A DNA stretch of 64,000 nt from Vicugna vicugna (Eukaryota), in assembly GCA_013265495.1 (NCBI GenBank), contig MU063211.1, positions 62,001 to 126,000 of the forward strand. Reading direction: 5' to 3'. Under the pieces are notes generated by a model. The model was not told where the DNA came from. It saw nothing but the letters and a program-made list of their open reading frames with translations, and searched no databases. Below, one piece after another: positions 1 through 32,839 of the stretch (the first letter of the stretch is position 1; every line of letters begins with the position of its first letter). The position numbers and the translations under genes are program-made.

Positions 1-1014
1 ACTCCCGCCCGTGACTGTGTCCGATGTGCTTGTGTGTGTGTGTGCGTGCACGCACGGACCCGGGTGTGTGTCCGCTGCGTACATGGGGGCCTGCAGGTGC
101 ACGCCCAGGCTGCTCCTCCCAGATGCGTTTTGAAACTCGGAAAATCCACGCGGTGGAACTGTGCAGCCCTGCCCTGCACCCGTGACAGCCTTGTACAGAA
201 TTTCCAAACGTCCCAACCACCAGCGAAGGCCCTGCCGCCGCCTCCGAGAGTCAGCTCTGGGAGACGTGGTTGTCTGTCCCTTTTTGTCCTCAAACCCTGT
301 CTTCTCAGAGCCCCGGGTCCTCTTCATCTGACTGGATTAATTTTAGGGCCTGAGTACCCTAGACGGCTAATGACCCCTTATGTGCATGTGCACGTGTGTA
401 CAAGGCTGAACGCGCTGTGTGCCGTGGGCGTGCCAGTGCCGGAGGCTGACTCCATCTGCCCAGGACTTTGCGCTGCTTCTGAAGCAGGGTCCCAGCTCCC
501 TGGGGTCAGAGGGAGGAGGCGGGTGTGCTGCCCGCTGCCCGCTCTCCCGGGACGCCGTTCCCTTTCTTTCTGGAGTCAGGCCCATCAATGGCAAGAAGCC
601 TTCCATCGCTGCTCAGTTATTACGACAATCACAGAGCAACACCCCTGCTAAGACCGCACGTTCACGCTGTGCGGCCTCCTGCCCGCGCCCCCCGACCGGC
701 CGCAGGGCGAGCCCAGCTCCTGCCCCCCCACAGCCGGCCCTCCCGCTCCGTCCCTCCTGCCTGCTGACCCGAGGACGCTGTGCTGCTTTCTGTCCTCGGG
801 AAAGCCAGCTTCGGCACCACGTGCCCCCTCTGTGCGTCCGTCACATGCCTGCGTGTGTCACTGTGCCTCTCCTCCAGTCCTGGGAGCCGCCAGAGGACGG
901 TGACCACCGTCTCGTCCCCCGCCCCAGCCCAGTGTCAGGGACGATTTAGTAAATGCTTGAGGCTGGGACCACCGTTCCCATCCCTGCCCTAATCACCAAG
1001 TGTTTCCCCCTTAG

Positions 1015-21238
<20,224 letters not shown>

Positions 21239-21744
21239 GAGCGGGAGCCCGCCCCCAGAGCAACCTCGTGACCTCAGTGCGCCGCCTGTGGGTGTCCTGG
21301 ACAGTGAAGGCCCCTCGTCCCCCCCACCCCCGACCTCGTCTGCGCCCCGGCCTCGCGCCGGGCCCGCCCCTCACCCAGAGAGAGCAAAGGGAAAGAGCCG
21401 CGTCCCCACCCCGGAGCCGAATCACATGACCTAGACGTCCCACAGCCTCCGCCGCTTCCTCCGGCCCTTCCCTCTGCGCTGCGCTCCCCGGGGAAGGGGA
21501 CGGCCATGCGTCCTGCCCCGGCCCGGGATCTCTTCCCGGAGAGCCCACGGGGTGCGGGAGGGGCTGCAGTGTTTGGAGATCACGGCGTTTTTTTTTTTAA
21601 TTCAACTTGAAGATGTGCGTTTCCCCTGACCTTCAAAAGTCGTCCGAGGCCGGCCTTGCAAAGGTCACCCCGCCCTCCAGAGCCTCCGTCTTAACAAGAT
21701 CCATTCACGGGCCAAATGTCATTCCGCACGTGCCTTTCAGATGG

Positions 21745-21750
21745 ATTAAA
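21745..21750 (+). terminator. Candidate proximal polyadenylation signal ATTAAA
   Basis: ATTAAA followed by GU/U-rich sequence (ggtgcttttgtttttgtgag...). Confidence 0.4.
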
Positions 21751-22198
21751 GGTGCTTTTGTTTTTGTGAGTTTTAAGTAAATATTTGTATTGTATTTTCG
21801 TAACGTTCAGTGTCCCTGACTTTCAATCACGCACGGGAACCCAGCTGCAGTCCCACTGGGAGAATTGGACAAGCAGGCGGGGCGTCCACTCTGGGATGCA
21901 GTGCACAGCCCGTCTGCTCGGGGGTGGGGCATAAACGGGAAGTTTGCCAGGGCAGCAGGGACTCACCCCAGCCCTGAAAAGGCAGGCGCCAGTGCCCTTT
22001 CAGACACATTTTTGATTAGCTCTGGATTTTTGTTTTAAAGGGGAGAAAAAAAAGGATCCTATACATTGCCTTTCCCACGTACGCTTAGAGGAAAACACAG
22101 ACTTAAATTCATTGCAACTGCTTCCTTGTTCCATTTTCCTTCCTGCAGAGCCAGGGCAGGGAGACCCCATTTCCTGTAGACGATGATTTAATGATAAT

Positions 22199-22514
22199 TG
22201 GTGCTGATTTTTACGCTCCTCTTTTGTGGTGCTATCTGTTGAGATCTCCTTGAAGGCGGCACGGGGGGCACCTGGCCGAGCCGTGCCCCGTTCTCCTGTC
22301 TTCCCCGCTCCTGGCTCTCGCCCCCACCACCCGGGGTTTTGCCAAGGCTGCTGAGAAGGACGCAGGTCCGCTCGCTCTCCTCCCCGATAGCGGTGACGCT
22401 GCCCCGGGCCCAGGCCCAGGATCAGGCTGCGCTTCTGTGATTTGACAACACACACGCACGCGCCCCACAGACGCTCTCCGTGTGGTCCGCGTGTGACGAA
22501 CGTTTGTGGTGCTA
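22199..22514 (+). promoter_or_regulatory. Three miR-29 seed matches: TGGTGCT 22199-22205, TGGTGCTA 22227-22234, TGGTGCTA 22507-22514
   Basis: Exact 7mer-m8 and 8mer matches to the miR-29 seed (AGCACCA); miR-29 is a known repressor of collagen mRNAs. Confidence 0.8.
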
Positions 22515-23315
22515 ATATCTGTGTTTGTTCCGAGAACTGAATTGAAGCTGCGTGGGGCGTCTCAGCTGGGCTGCCGTCGGCGTCTCGGCAGACAGACAAA
22601 TGTGCAATGAACTCTGAGTCCCTCCGGGGCTGCCAGCGGTGCCTCGTCCCCACCAAAGCAATTTGGAGTTTTCCATCTGCAAATGTCCCCAGGCGCAGGT
22701 CTCAGCTGCGAGGAAGCTCGGGGCTGGCTGGCCCCTCCTGCCCCCTCCTCCTGGAGCAAGGACCGGGACCTGCAGGCCGGCGAGGAAAGGCGATCCCTTT
22801 ACTGTGAAAAGCTGCCCTCGTGCAATGCCCTTTCCTTCCATGACGGGAGAAGCCAGACAGGCCCTCGGGAGGAGCCGTGACGGGTCCCGGTTCCGGTGCT
22901 GCCCTCGCCCGCCCTGCCCCGTCGGAACGTGGCTCCAGCCTGGGAAGCCCCAGCAAAGCACCCCGGGAGCAAGGGAGCACCGCCCGCGAGGCCTCCCCGA
23001 GGGCCGGAGACCCAGGCTCGCTCTCGCCGAAGAGAAGTCTGGCTTCGAGGTTCTCCCAGATCCTGGACGCCAGCGTCTGCCGACGGCCTTCTCCCTCATC
23101 CCTTCAAAAGAAAAGCCATATCAGAGCGGTGCCGGCCCGCGGCCTGCGGGCTCTGTCTAGGTCATGTGATTCCGTTCTGGTTTCTCGTCCCGCCCGAGTT
23201 CTCCTTTTGTTCTGTCAATCTTTTCCTTCCGTTGGTCCCTTTGAAGCCGTTGTGATTTGTACTGAAGTCAAAATGTGTCCCATTCTCCCCAGAACACTTG
23301 GCTATTGTGTATTGC

Positions 23316-23321
23316 AATAAA
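23316..23321 (+). terminator. Distal polyadenylation signal AATAAA of COL5A1
   Basis: Canonical hexamer about 2.1 kb after the stop, with a U-rich downstream element; a further AATAAA lies at 23607-23612. Confidence 0.7.
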
Positions 23322-26321
23322 ATTGCTTCTTATATTTGCAGAAATCCTTTTGGCGTAATTTTATTTTTTCCCCCTTAATCTATATAATCGGACACGTGGA
23401 CAAAAAGTAAAAGCAGACAGTAAAAAGAAAGCCCACAGGGAAGATTTAAGACACTAGGCCCTTCAGAACAGAATGTCAGGTGACACGCCGTGCGTCCCCG
23501 GAAACTCCAGCAGACGTGTTCACACATTTTAACTGTAATGCCCGGGAAGGGTGTTCTTACGAGATTTTAAAGCTTTGTAACAGAGGAATAATTGTCACTG
23601 CTTTTCAATAAATCCAGTCTCCTGTTTCCACTGTCAACAGATGTGATTGACTGTCTTCTTAAGTGTGACCAAGGCCTTCCCCTGCTCAGACTGACATGTG
23701 GCCCCAGGCTCAGCGACAGTAGGAAAACTCTCAGGTCCTGGCAATGGTCACAGGAAGAGGAAAGGCGGCCCTGCCCAGGCCGCGGGAGCTCTTCCTCGGA
23801 GGAGGGGGCAGTGGGCCTCCCGCGGACAGAGCTGTTCCCTGGGGCGCCCTCGGGATGTGGTCAAGCACCAGGCCTCCAGGCTTCCTGGGGGCGTTTCCAC
23901 AGCCTTGAGCATCCAGACCTCCGGGGTGTGTGGGGCGCACCTCGCCCTGGGCAGTCGGCGTCCTGGGGCCGGCCGCAGGTCCCTGCGTCCCCCGCTCTGC
24001 TGTCCAGCTTCATAGTGGGGTCATACTGCCCAGCCCCCGGGGCCAGAGTGGGGTGCGTGGCTCGTCCTGGCCACTGACCCTGAGCAGAAGTGCCGGCAAG
24101 TCTGATGTAGTGGTTCCCTCTCTTGTCACCAGCCATGAGCCTCCCCGGCAGGTTCCCAGAGGGAGCTGTCCCTGGCCAACCTGCCGTGCGCTTGCAGCAG
24201 GAGCCAGACACACATTGTCATGTTCAGCCCCTGACAGTGGGGACTGTTGTTGCTGCAGCAACACCTAGACTCCATGGCTCTAAAGCACGGTCCGGGGGCC
24301 AGCGGCAGCCGCGTCGTCTCCTTGCTAGCAGCGCAGCCTCCCAGGGCCCGGAGGCAGGCCTTCTGCACCAGACACTTCGCAAGAGGCCGCGTTATCTGTG
24401 TGCTGACAAGGCCGCTGGGTGATTCCGGCGCTCACCTGGGTTAGGGATCCACTGGCCTGCACGGCCCTGGAGTAACAGGAACGGGAAGCCAGAGTGGGGA
24501 ATTCCCTTCACAGCAGCAGCGCGAGTTGGCGGGTCCTGCTGTCGGGTGTGGAGGCAGGGACTGTGCTCAGCGGGCGGAAGGCTCCCTGTCTCCAGGGACA
24601 GAACCCACGTGGTCAGATTGCTGTCTGCTGCCGGCGAGGGCTTGCGGGCAGTCACAGCGTGTGACCTGGGGAGAGGTCGCAACGAGGCCGGTGCCGCAGG
24701 CTGGGCGCGCTCGCCCGCGCTTGTCTTGAAAGGATGCAGGACGCGCAGACTCGAGGATTTTCAGAGCCGGAAAAGACAACTTTCTCAGCAGCCGCTGAGA
24801 CGCTAAAGACGAAACTGAGAAACGCTTTGCGGGACCAACGCCGAGTAAGCGCGTCCATCACAGGCGGGAGCAGCGCGTCTGCGGTGGAAGCCTCGGCGCC
24901 GTCACAGCACCCACAGGTGGCTCCGGAAACAGCTGGCCCTCCCGCCAAGCCGGCCAGGTCTGCAGCTGCCGCAGGGAAGCCAAGACGGGGCCCGCGGGGA
25001 GGGTGGGAGCCACGGGCCAGGCGCTGGCCCTGGGGGCCGGCTGGAGCTGCTCGCCTGCAGGAGGGAGGAGTCCTACTCGGAGCCACCAGCCTGGCCTGAG
25101 TCGGCCACCGAGACTTACAGTGACTCGCAGGCCGCCGGGGCCGCACGGGCCCTCCGGTGCCCCACAGTCTGGGTGAGGGACACCCGGGAAGGCCAGGGGC
25201 CGCCTCCCCTCACTGGAGGCAGGTGAACCTCAAAGGTGAGGGGCTGAGCCTGGGAAGAGGGGAGGGAGGAGGGTAGCAATTGAGACCGTCGGGTCCTGTG
25301 TGAGACCCCTCTGGGGCGAGGCCGACAGAGCCCCCGCTTCTCTGCGCCTCTTCCCTGACCCTGGAAACCTAGCTATGGAAGCTCCTGCCCGTGGCGGGGC
25401 TGGAGGATGAGAGCGCGCGGGTGCTGGTGCAGCCCGGAGCCTGGACTCAGAGAGCGCTCCCACGGGCGCATGCCTGGGGGTGGGAGCAGCGAAGCCGGAC
25501 CACGCGGGTACCGCTCTCCCAGCACAGGGCCCCTCCCCTGCACCCACCATCACGTCCCCAGCAATTCACCCGCAGGAGCTCGCGGAGCACCCGTGGCCGC
25601 CCACACTGGGCTGGGTCTTCTGGAGATGCGGGCTGAGTCATGACACCGGCCTTTGCTTCCCAACTGGGAGAGGTGGGGGCAATGGAAATGATGGTGCCGG
25701 CGTGGGTCTCGACTGCAAAGGGGCTGAGCAGCCTCAGTGCCCGGCACCTGCCTCGGGAGCCCTGGAGGGATGGGCCGCGGGGCCCCGGCAGGAGCTGGGT
25801 CCTGGCCGGCCGCCTGCTCTTCAGCATCCCCAGGGGCTGCGTTAGTCTTTGCTGAATGAGGCAAAATATCTGTCCCCACAAAAAGGAAAGCAGGTCGTTG
25901 TTCACTGTCTGGAGCCGGAATTGATTCAAGCTTCCCGTGTTGGAAGAGACACTTCTGTGCCCCGCGTCTCAGCGCTGCTGCCCCGTGCCCTAGGGCGTCC
26001 TCGGAGAGGGAGGAAGGATGGAGGGCAAGGGCGAGTACACCCGCTCGGCCTGGGCAGGGGGCTTTGCTGCAGAGCTGCGGCCCCTCGCGCCAGGGGTCAG
26101 GGGAACGTCTTTCCACATCTGCCAGGGCTCCTGACCTCCAAGAGCTGAGCGTGACCGCAGCCTGCCTCGGGCAGCGCCTCCATTTGGGTGGCGAGTGGGC
26201 GTGGAGACACCTGCCCGTCTCCGCCAACCTGCCTGGTTGGGGCCCAGGGGGGCTGGGATCGTACTGACTTCTTGGTCCAGGACAGGCTGGCGGCTGGGCA
26301 GGGCCTGAGCCTGGGAGAGCC

Positions 26322-26611
26322 AGCTCATCTCCTCCTGCGGGGGGACCCCCGCCCTCCTCCGGGTAAGGAGGGAGGAGGGGGCAGTGGCAGCTCAGGGAGC
26401 CTTCCCTCGGGGGAGGACTCCTGCAGGAAGCGCGCTCCCCCACCCGCCTCCCTTGCCCCCACCCCCCCTAGATAGCTCATCTCCTCCTGCGGGGGGACCC
26501 CCGCCCTCCTCCGGGTAAGGAGGGAGGAGGGGGCAGTGGCAGCTCAGGGAGCCTTCCCTCGGGGGAGGACTCCTGCAGGAAGCGCGCTCCCCCACCCGCC
26601 TCCCTTGCCCC
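26322..26611. repeat. Tandem duplication of 138 bp (26322-26459 and 26474-26611)
   Basis: The two copies (agctcatctcctcctgcgg...cctcccttgcccc) are identical by eye and separated by 14 nt. Confidence 0.95.
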
Positions 26612-26649
26612 GACCGCCCCTCCCACCCCCTGAAGGTTCTGCCACTGCG

Positions 26650-26702
26650 CATTCATTCATTCGATGGCAGCTTATCGAGGGCCTGCCCTTTGCCAGGCAC
26701 CG
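26650..26702 (-). mobile_element. LINE-2 3'-end fragment
   Basis: cattcattcattc...ttatcgagggcctgcc..tgccaggcac resembles the recalled L2 terminus. Confidence 0.55.
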
Positions 26703-29700
26703 ACACCCAAAGCGGGGCGACAAGCACCACAGGTGGGTATGATTTAGCTGTGTTGACTCAAAAACGCGGTGGAGTGGAAATGGGAGCAAGGGAAAAGCAG
26801 GCCTGGCGACGGGTCAGGACTCCGAGTGCACAGCCCACCAGCGCCCAGGGCGCACGTAGGAGGGAGGCAGGCCGACCTGGAGCTGGAGGACGTTCGTCTG
26901 GACGTCCCCCAAGACGTGGTCTGGGTGGAGGGGCCGGCAGGACGCACCGGGAGCCCCAGCCAGGACAACATCCTTTCCGGTAACCCCCAGGAGCAAATCC
27001 TTCAACAGACCCACAAGCACAAAATATTCTGCCGCCCACCGCTCCCCCCGCAGCTGACAAACGGCTCTCCCGCAGACTCGGGAGAGCCCGTCCCAGGCGT
27101 GTGCTGGGGGCGACGTGCTCGGCAGCACGAGGACTTGCTGCGCCTTGGACTTTCTCAGGTTCGAAACTCCTAGACGGGGAGGCCTCGGTGGGCCGGGCTG
27201 TTTAAAAGACCCTAATTACGGGAGACAGACCAAGCGAGGATGCCACGTTCAGCGTTTGTGCTGTGTGTGGCCCCGTAACAAACTCCGCCTAAACGCAGAG
27301 GGAGGCAGCGCCCCGGGTCCTCTCACCCTTCCGCGGGGCAGCAGCCTGGGCACAGCTGGCTCGGCCCGCACCTCCGGACTGCTGACAAACCGCGGGCCGG
27401 GACCCGCGCCTGTGACTGAGTCTCAGCCGGAGGCTCGACCGGGGGAAGATTCCACGAGATGCGTGTTTATGGGACCTGAATGCAAACCCTGGGTGTGCTC
27501 CTCAGGCACGCGTTAGCCCCGCAGGCTGCGGACAGGGCGGCGGGGAGATGTCCAGCTGCCTGGTTTCTTCATCTGTCACACCCAGGCCGGGGGGCCAGAT
27601 GTGACCAGGCCCGAGGGGCCTTCTGTGCAGGAGCGTCAGCACCCAGCTGCGTGGCAGCTCGCTTCCCGGCACCAGCCACACCTGTGCACCCGCTGTGTGC
27701 TGGACAAGCGATCTCAGGACCCTGGGCACGGCCCCTCTGATGTGACTCGGGGAGCAACTGCCAAGGGCCCAGCCCCCGCGAGGGGCGCAGCCCTGGGCCG
27801 GCCAGTGAGCGGACAAAGGGATAGGAGGACACCCTGTTCACAATGAGCTCAGGTCCACTGGCAGGGACTGGACTCCCAGCCAGTACGCTGGGAACCACCC
27901 AGAGGTGACAGACCCATAGGCGGAGGGGCGGTTGGCCCAGGATGGGCTGGAGTGTGGGGGAGGAGGTGTGGCCGAGCCTCAGACCGGAGGGCGGAATTCA
28001 GGGATGCACAGGAGACACCTTTGGAATTCCTCAGGCATGACTCTGTGATGCCAGTCAGTCTGTCTGTCTGCCTGCCTGCCAAAAGATGGGAATGCTTGTC
28101 AGTAGAACGGGCCCTTTGCCCTTGAAGGCTGGACGCTGGAGCTGGTTCTCTGACATCCGGAAGATGAGAAAGAAAGATGATTGGGGAGGGGCCATGGCTT
28201 GGCAGAAGGAGCCTCATTTTCCACGGCTGCAGCCAAGGCAGTAGGGGTAGGGGCATAGCATCAGGCCAGCTCGATCCAGCCCCCACCTTGGCCACGGCAG
28301 ATGCTACAGGGATGTGAACACGGAGGGGATGCAGCCCCTGCCCTCGGGGGCCCACCATGTGGGGGAGACCCTCGTGCACATGGGAGTGGGGCTGTGGGGT
28401 GTTGGCTGCTTGTCCCCCAGCCCCACTGCCCATCGGGCACCCACAGGCCACGGTGAGGGGCCACAGACTCGTGGAGAGGGGTGGGGTCCCTGCAGACGGC
28501 CGCCATCAGAGGCTTCACGGGGCCGAGGACATATAGCAAGAGGGAACAGAGGGAGGATAGAAACCAAACAGCGCGATGGGAGACCCAGCACAGCCGCGCC
28601 AGCCGTCACACTGCACGCGATCGGCGGAGCCAGGCAGCGGGGGTGAGGACGCAGGAGTCAGGACGTGCAGCTGGTGGGAGACACCACGTCGGAACAAGCA
28701 GGTTGGAAGGAAAGAACGAAAACACTCAAACCAACAGGAGCCGTGACGCAGGCGCTTTCCGGAGCCTCGGTCCGGGGTCCTGCGTTCTCAGCAGCGCCTG
28801 CAGGAGCTCCCTGGTCCCACAACCAGGCTGGTTCCCAGTGACCCTGGCGGGTGGACGGCCCAGGCCGCGGGCTGGCGGACGGCGGGGGCGAGCGGGGCGC
28901 CTCGCCCCAGCCCGATGCACCCCCACGGGGCCCTCCGCACTCTTCCCCCGCCCCCACCCCAGGGGCTGGGACGAGGGTCCCCTCAGGACCGCAGCCTGTC
29001 TGAAGGTAACAGACACACGCCACAGGCATGGGGCCCCGGAGGCCCTGCTGGGCGGGGAGGTGCCGGCGGGAGCGGCCGGGGTGGACAGTTACCACCACCG
29101 TGTACGAGGTCGCGGGGTCTCAGGCTGTACCTGCGTCAGTGTGAGTGACCGCCAGTGGTAACTCTGCTTCCACTTCCTGTCTCAAGTTACATCAAACCTC
29201 ACGTTCTGTTGGGGCCGTGCCATCGCTCATCTGATCATTGTCTGTCTTCTCTCAATAGAGCAGCTTCCGAGCGTCTTGGGACCACCTTCTCTGTCCCCCC
29301 GCGTCACAGGCCCAGACCGGCGCCCGGCACATCGCACAGGCGCTCACTGAACATCCCTCTTCTGTCTGCTGCGGGGCCAGCAGAACTGGGAGCCAAATTC
29401 CTGTGCCCTGGCCCAGGGACTGCCTTTGGAGCACCAGGGCTGCAGAGTTCTGAAGTTCTGGAGCAGGAACAGCCCCCGAGGGCAAGGCAGCCAGTCTGTA
29501 CAGGGACAGGAGTGTGGGGGAGGGGACGGCGTGTCCCGGGGCCCGGCCAGAGCCGGGACGGCCCCGCCACGTGAGGGTCCTTGGCTTCCCGCAGGAAGGC
29601 GTCCGGGAGCCAGCCGCAGTCGAGTGGGGGTGGATTTACTCAGAGACACACGCTCCACAGACAGAGCGCAGCCTCCCAGAGACCAGAGGGGGCCGTGCTG

Positions 29701-32434
29701 AGCGGGGGCTGGCGTTTACGGGCTGAGGACCATCGTAGGCTGACAGGTGCGGGGGCGGGGATTCCCAGGAATCGGGCCTTTCCTGGTCAGCCCGCCCGGG
29801 GCGTCCTGGCGCCTGTGAGGGCCCTCCCCCTGCTGATGTAGTGCAGTGAGCGCATCGTGCAGCTCAAGGTCACAGGGAGTCGACTCTCCCGCCACCTTGG
29901 TGCTAATGGCTGGGCCATCCCTTGGCTGGCTGTGCCCTGCCCCCTCCCTCTGTCTCACCGTGACCAGACTTTAGTCTTTGATCACTGCCCTGGGATCAAC
30001 CCTTCTCTTGCTGTGTGAGCAGGCCTTCAGCCCCAGGGGCGCCTCCCAGGGGGCTGGGATTGTCTCGTTCCTGTGCAGGGGCCAGGAAAGAGGCTTCTAA
30101 GCCACTCACGGTGCAGTTGGAGACGTGTCCTGGGAGCTGGAGGGCAGGTGTGGGAGTCGGGACGGGGAGGAGGGTGGGAGGGGCACGAGGACCCCGCGAG
30201 CCACCGGGGAGCCCTCATCCTGGCTCACCACCCTGGGCAGCCTCTGTCCTTCTCTGGGCTCAGCTGCCCACCCCTGGCTAGAGAAGCCCCCGCGGCTCCC
30301 CCGCTGAGCAGTGCCTGCTCCGTGAGCGTGAGCGTGAGCCCGTCTCTCCTCGCGGAGCTCCGTCGCTAGCTTTGGTTTCCCTTCTTGTGCAGAGATTACT
30401 CAGTGTGCTACCACCTTTTAAAATTAATCCGTATGCAATTTGTTCAATTTATTAAAATTGTAAATTCAGAAGTCCACTGGTTCCTTAAGCTTTCAAGCTG
30501 CGCTTATAAACCGTATGCTACACGTAACAGGCACTTACTTTCGGGCCAGGCATGAGGGCCCAGGCACATTTTAATAAACTTTGCAGAGGCTTACAGATAA
30601 TTTTTGCTTCACTCATTGACTCAGTTAACAGCTTTAAACATTTTAATTGCATTTTCAACTTGGATATATACAAATTTGTGTTTGCCCAGGTTGTCTGCCT
30701 TTGACGAGAGCTTCCGAGTCTAAGCTAATTTTTAGAAATCTGCTAATGTAAACCTGCGAACGTGATGGCTCGGGGGTCTCTGAACAACAAACTGTAAACG
30801 CGGCAAGATTCCCACGTAAAATCGTCCCGTTGCTCAAGGTCACATTTTCAACTAGATTATCAGGTTGTTACTCCAAGGCCAGACTCTCTTAAATTATGCC
30901 AACTCCCAAGTTAACAAATTGACATCAATTTTTATGCTGAAATAGTAACACCGTGCATGTCAGCTTCTCACCTGCCCGCACTGGGCGAGATGCTCACAGC
31001 CCGCCAAGAGGGCAGTCCCGACGCACGTGGCCCGGGTGCGGAGGGCCCCTCCAGCCCCGGCTCTGCGGGGCCTCCCTGCGGTGTGTCCTGCCCCCGCCCA
31101 GGGGAGGCCACGTCCCGGGTTCCCCGTGCCTGTCCGGGCAGCGGGACGCGCCCTCCAAACACAGCACTTGGGCGCGTTGAGCAGAGCTGACGCTGAGCTG
31201 CGGGAGTGCCTAGTGCTCCGCAAGGTGACCATTTTGAGCTGTGGGTACTCGACAAGCAGCAGACGCCGGGAGAGGCTTTCTCTGAGCTCCCTCCATCTGC
31301 CTGAAGACAGATCCTCACGCCTGCTAAAACAACGCAGCCTAAGGGCTGAGGGTGTTTCGTCTGCAGGGCTCAAGCCCAGGAGACGCCTCTCAGGTGGCCC
31401 CGAGGGACCGCTCCCAAGAGGCAGGGGAGGAGCCAGGATGCACAGGAGGCTTTGCCACGAAGGCCAGGGAGTCGGAGCGTGAACAGACAGGTGTTAATTA
31501 AAGACCGGGGGCCCCAGGTTCAGGAACTGAGGGCTCGTCTGTGTGCGGGAAGGGGCAAAGGCCTGGGCCACTGAAGTCCCTCCTCTGATCCGCCCCTGCG
31601 CCGCCCAGGGCCGCGCCTGGTGCCTTCCCACCCTGAGCCCCCAGGGGGCGCCGAGGGGGGCTGCAGGGGCCAGGCTGCCTGCTCGTCTGCGTCCTGGGCT
31701 CCCTCCCCTCACTCGGGGAGGCTGCAATCTCTTCATTCCCGTCTGAAGGGAGTCGGGTTGTCGGCCCGTCCCCGGACTTTCATCCACCAGGAAGACTGAC
31801 TCGTCACGACACAGGAGACGAGAGGCGGCACTGCGGCGGGCAGGCCCCACAAAGGCCCCACGCCGCCGCCGCCGCCGCCCCCCCAACAGGAGGCCTGCCC
31901 GCCCTCCCCGCCGAGAAGGTGCTGAGACCCGGATTCTCAGCCCCCGGGGGCCACTCGTTCCCCCGTGACTCCGCTGGCGTGGACCAAGGTGGACGTGCGA
32001 GGAAGCTTCTCTGCGCGTTTCGCTGGCTGCTCTGCCTTAGTTTACGGGGGCGCAGCTGAGAACGCAGGGCGGAGGGAGAGCTACTCTTCCTCCCCTGAGA
32101 GCAAGCATCTCTGAGCAGCTGCCATAGTCCCGGGCCTCACGCCCCTGGACACTGGTGTGGTCTCCGATGGACCCTCGATGCTCACGTGACTTTCATGACT
32201 TGGGGTCCTGATGCCAACGCCACAGCCGGACAGGGGCTGCCGGGGGTGGGGTGGGGCCCTGCCACCTCCATCTCTACTGGGACTCCGGGTAACAGCTGGT
32301 TCCAGGATCTGACTCTTCCTTAAGAAGTATGGGAAAATCACCCAGCCTGGTCCCTCCTGGGGCAGGGGTCAGTGGCCTCCAGGGGTCAGTTTAATGCCCC
32401 TCCCCGACCCCAGCCCCACCTCCATGCCCCACAG

Positions 32435-32460
32435 GCCGGAGCAGCTGCAATCTGACACAC
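32435..32460 (+). pseudogene. Possible decayed ficolin neck exon (PEQLQS, compare PGQLQSCATG of pig ficolin as recalled)
   Basis: ccacag|gccggagcagctgcaatc; the match is short and there is no donor site. Confidence 0.25.
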
Positions 32461-32713
32461 TACTGGTCTTTCCTCAAAGTCCCAGGGCGCCACCCCTTTG
32501 GGATGCCCTGGCCTGGCTCCCGCACTCCTCTCCCCACCAGAAGCCAGCTGCCCAGCCCGATCCAGGTAAATCCTCACCACACACATCCCTGTCCCAGGCC
32601 TCAGAGTCCTCCTCCACCCGTGCAGGTGTCTCTGTTCTCCCCCTCACCCCCCGCTGCCCCTGCCCTGCCCGGCGCTCCTGGCCTGGCCTCCGCTTCCCGG
32701 CTTCCCTTCCCAG

Positions 32714-32839
32714 GACCTGGGACCTGTGAAGAGCTGCTCACCAGGGGACACTTCCTGAGTGGCTGGCACGCCATCTACCTGCCCGGCTGCTGTCCCCTGA
32801 CCGTGCTGTGACATGGACACGGACGGCGGGGGGTGGACC
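32714..32839 (+). pseudogene. Ficolin pseudo-exon equivalent to FCN2 exon 5
   Basis: Acceptor cccag|GACCT. A 2-nt loss (CTG-TG[T-G]AC) creates TGA at 32809-32811. The donor is mutated to ACC|atgagt. Confidence 0.92.

Larger units (their letters stand above)
21239..23345 (+). other. COL5A1: COL5A1 3'UTR (end approximate)
   Basis: Follows the stop codon, contains U-rich blocks and miR-29 seeds, and has AATAAA at 23316-23321 followed by U-rich sequence. Confidence 0.75.

Noticed and set aside
24497-24506. Perfect palindromic NF-kB site GGGAATTCCC upstream of the ficolin relic
   Set aside because: It is a single 10-mer with no supporting promoter context and is about 8 kb from the nearest recognisable ficolin exon.
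26769-27173. ORF with coding-like composition (DLELEDVRLDVPQDVVWVEG...)
   Set aside because: No recognisable family, no convincing splice or promoter context, and an equally long ORF on the opposite strand.
23400-32400. Search for a miR-3689-type tandem hairpin array, found downstream of COL5A1 in human
   Set aside because: No such tandem array is visible here.
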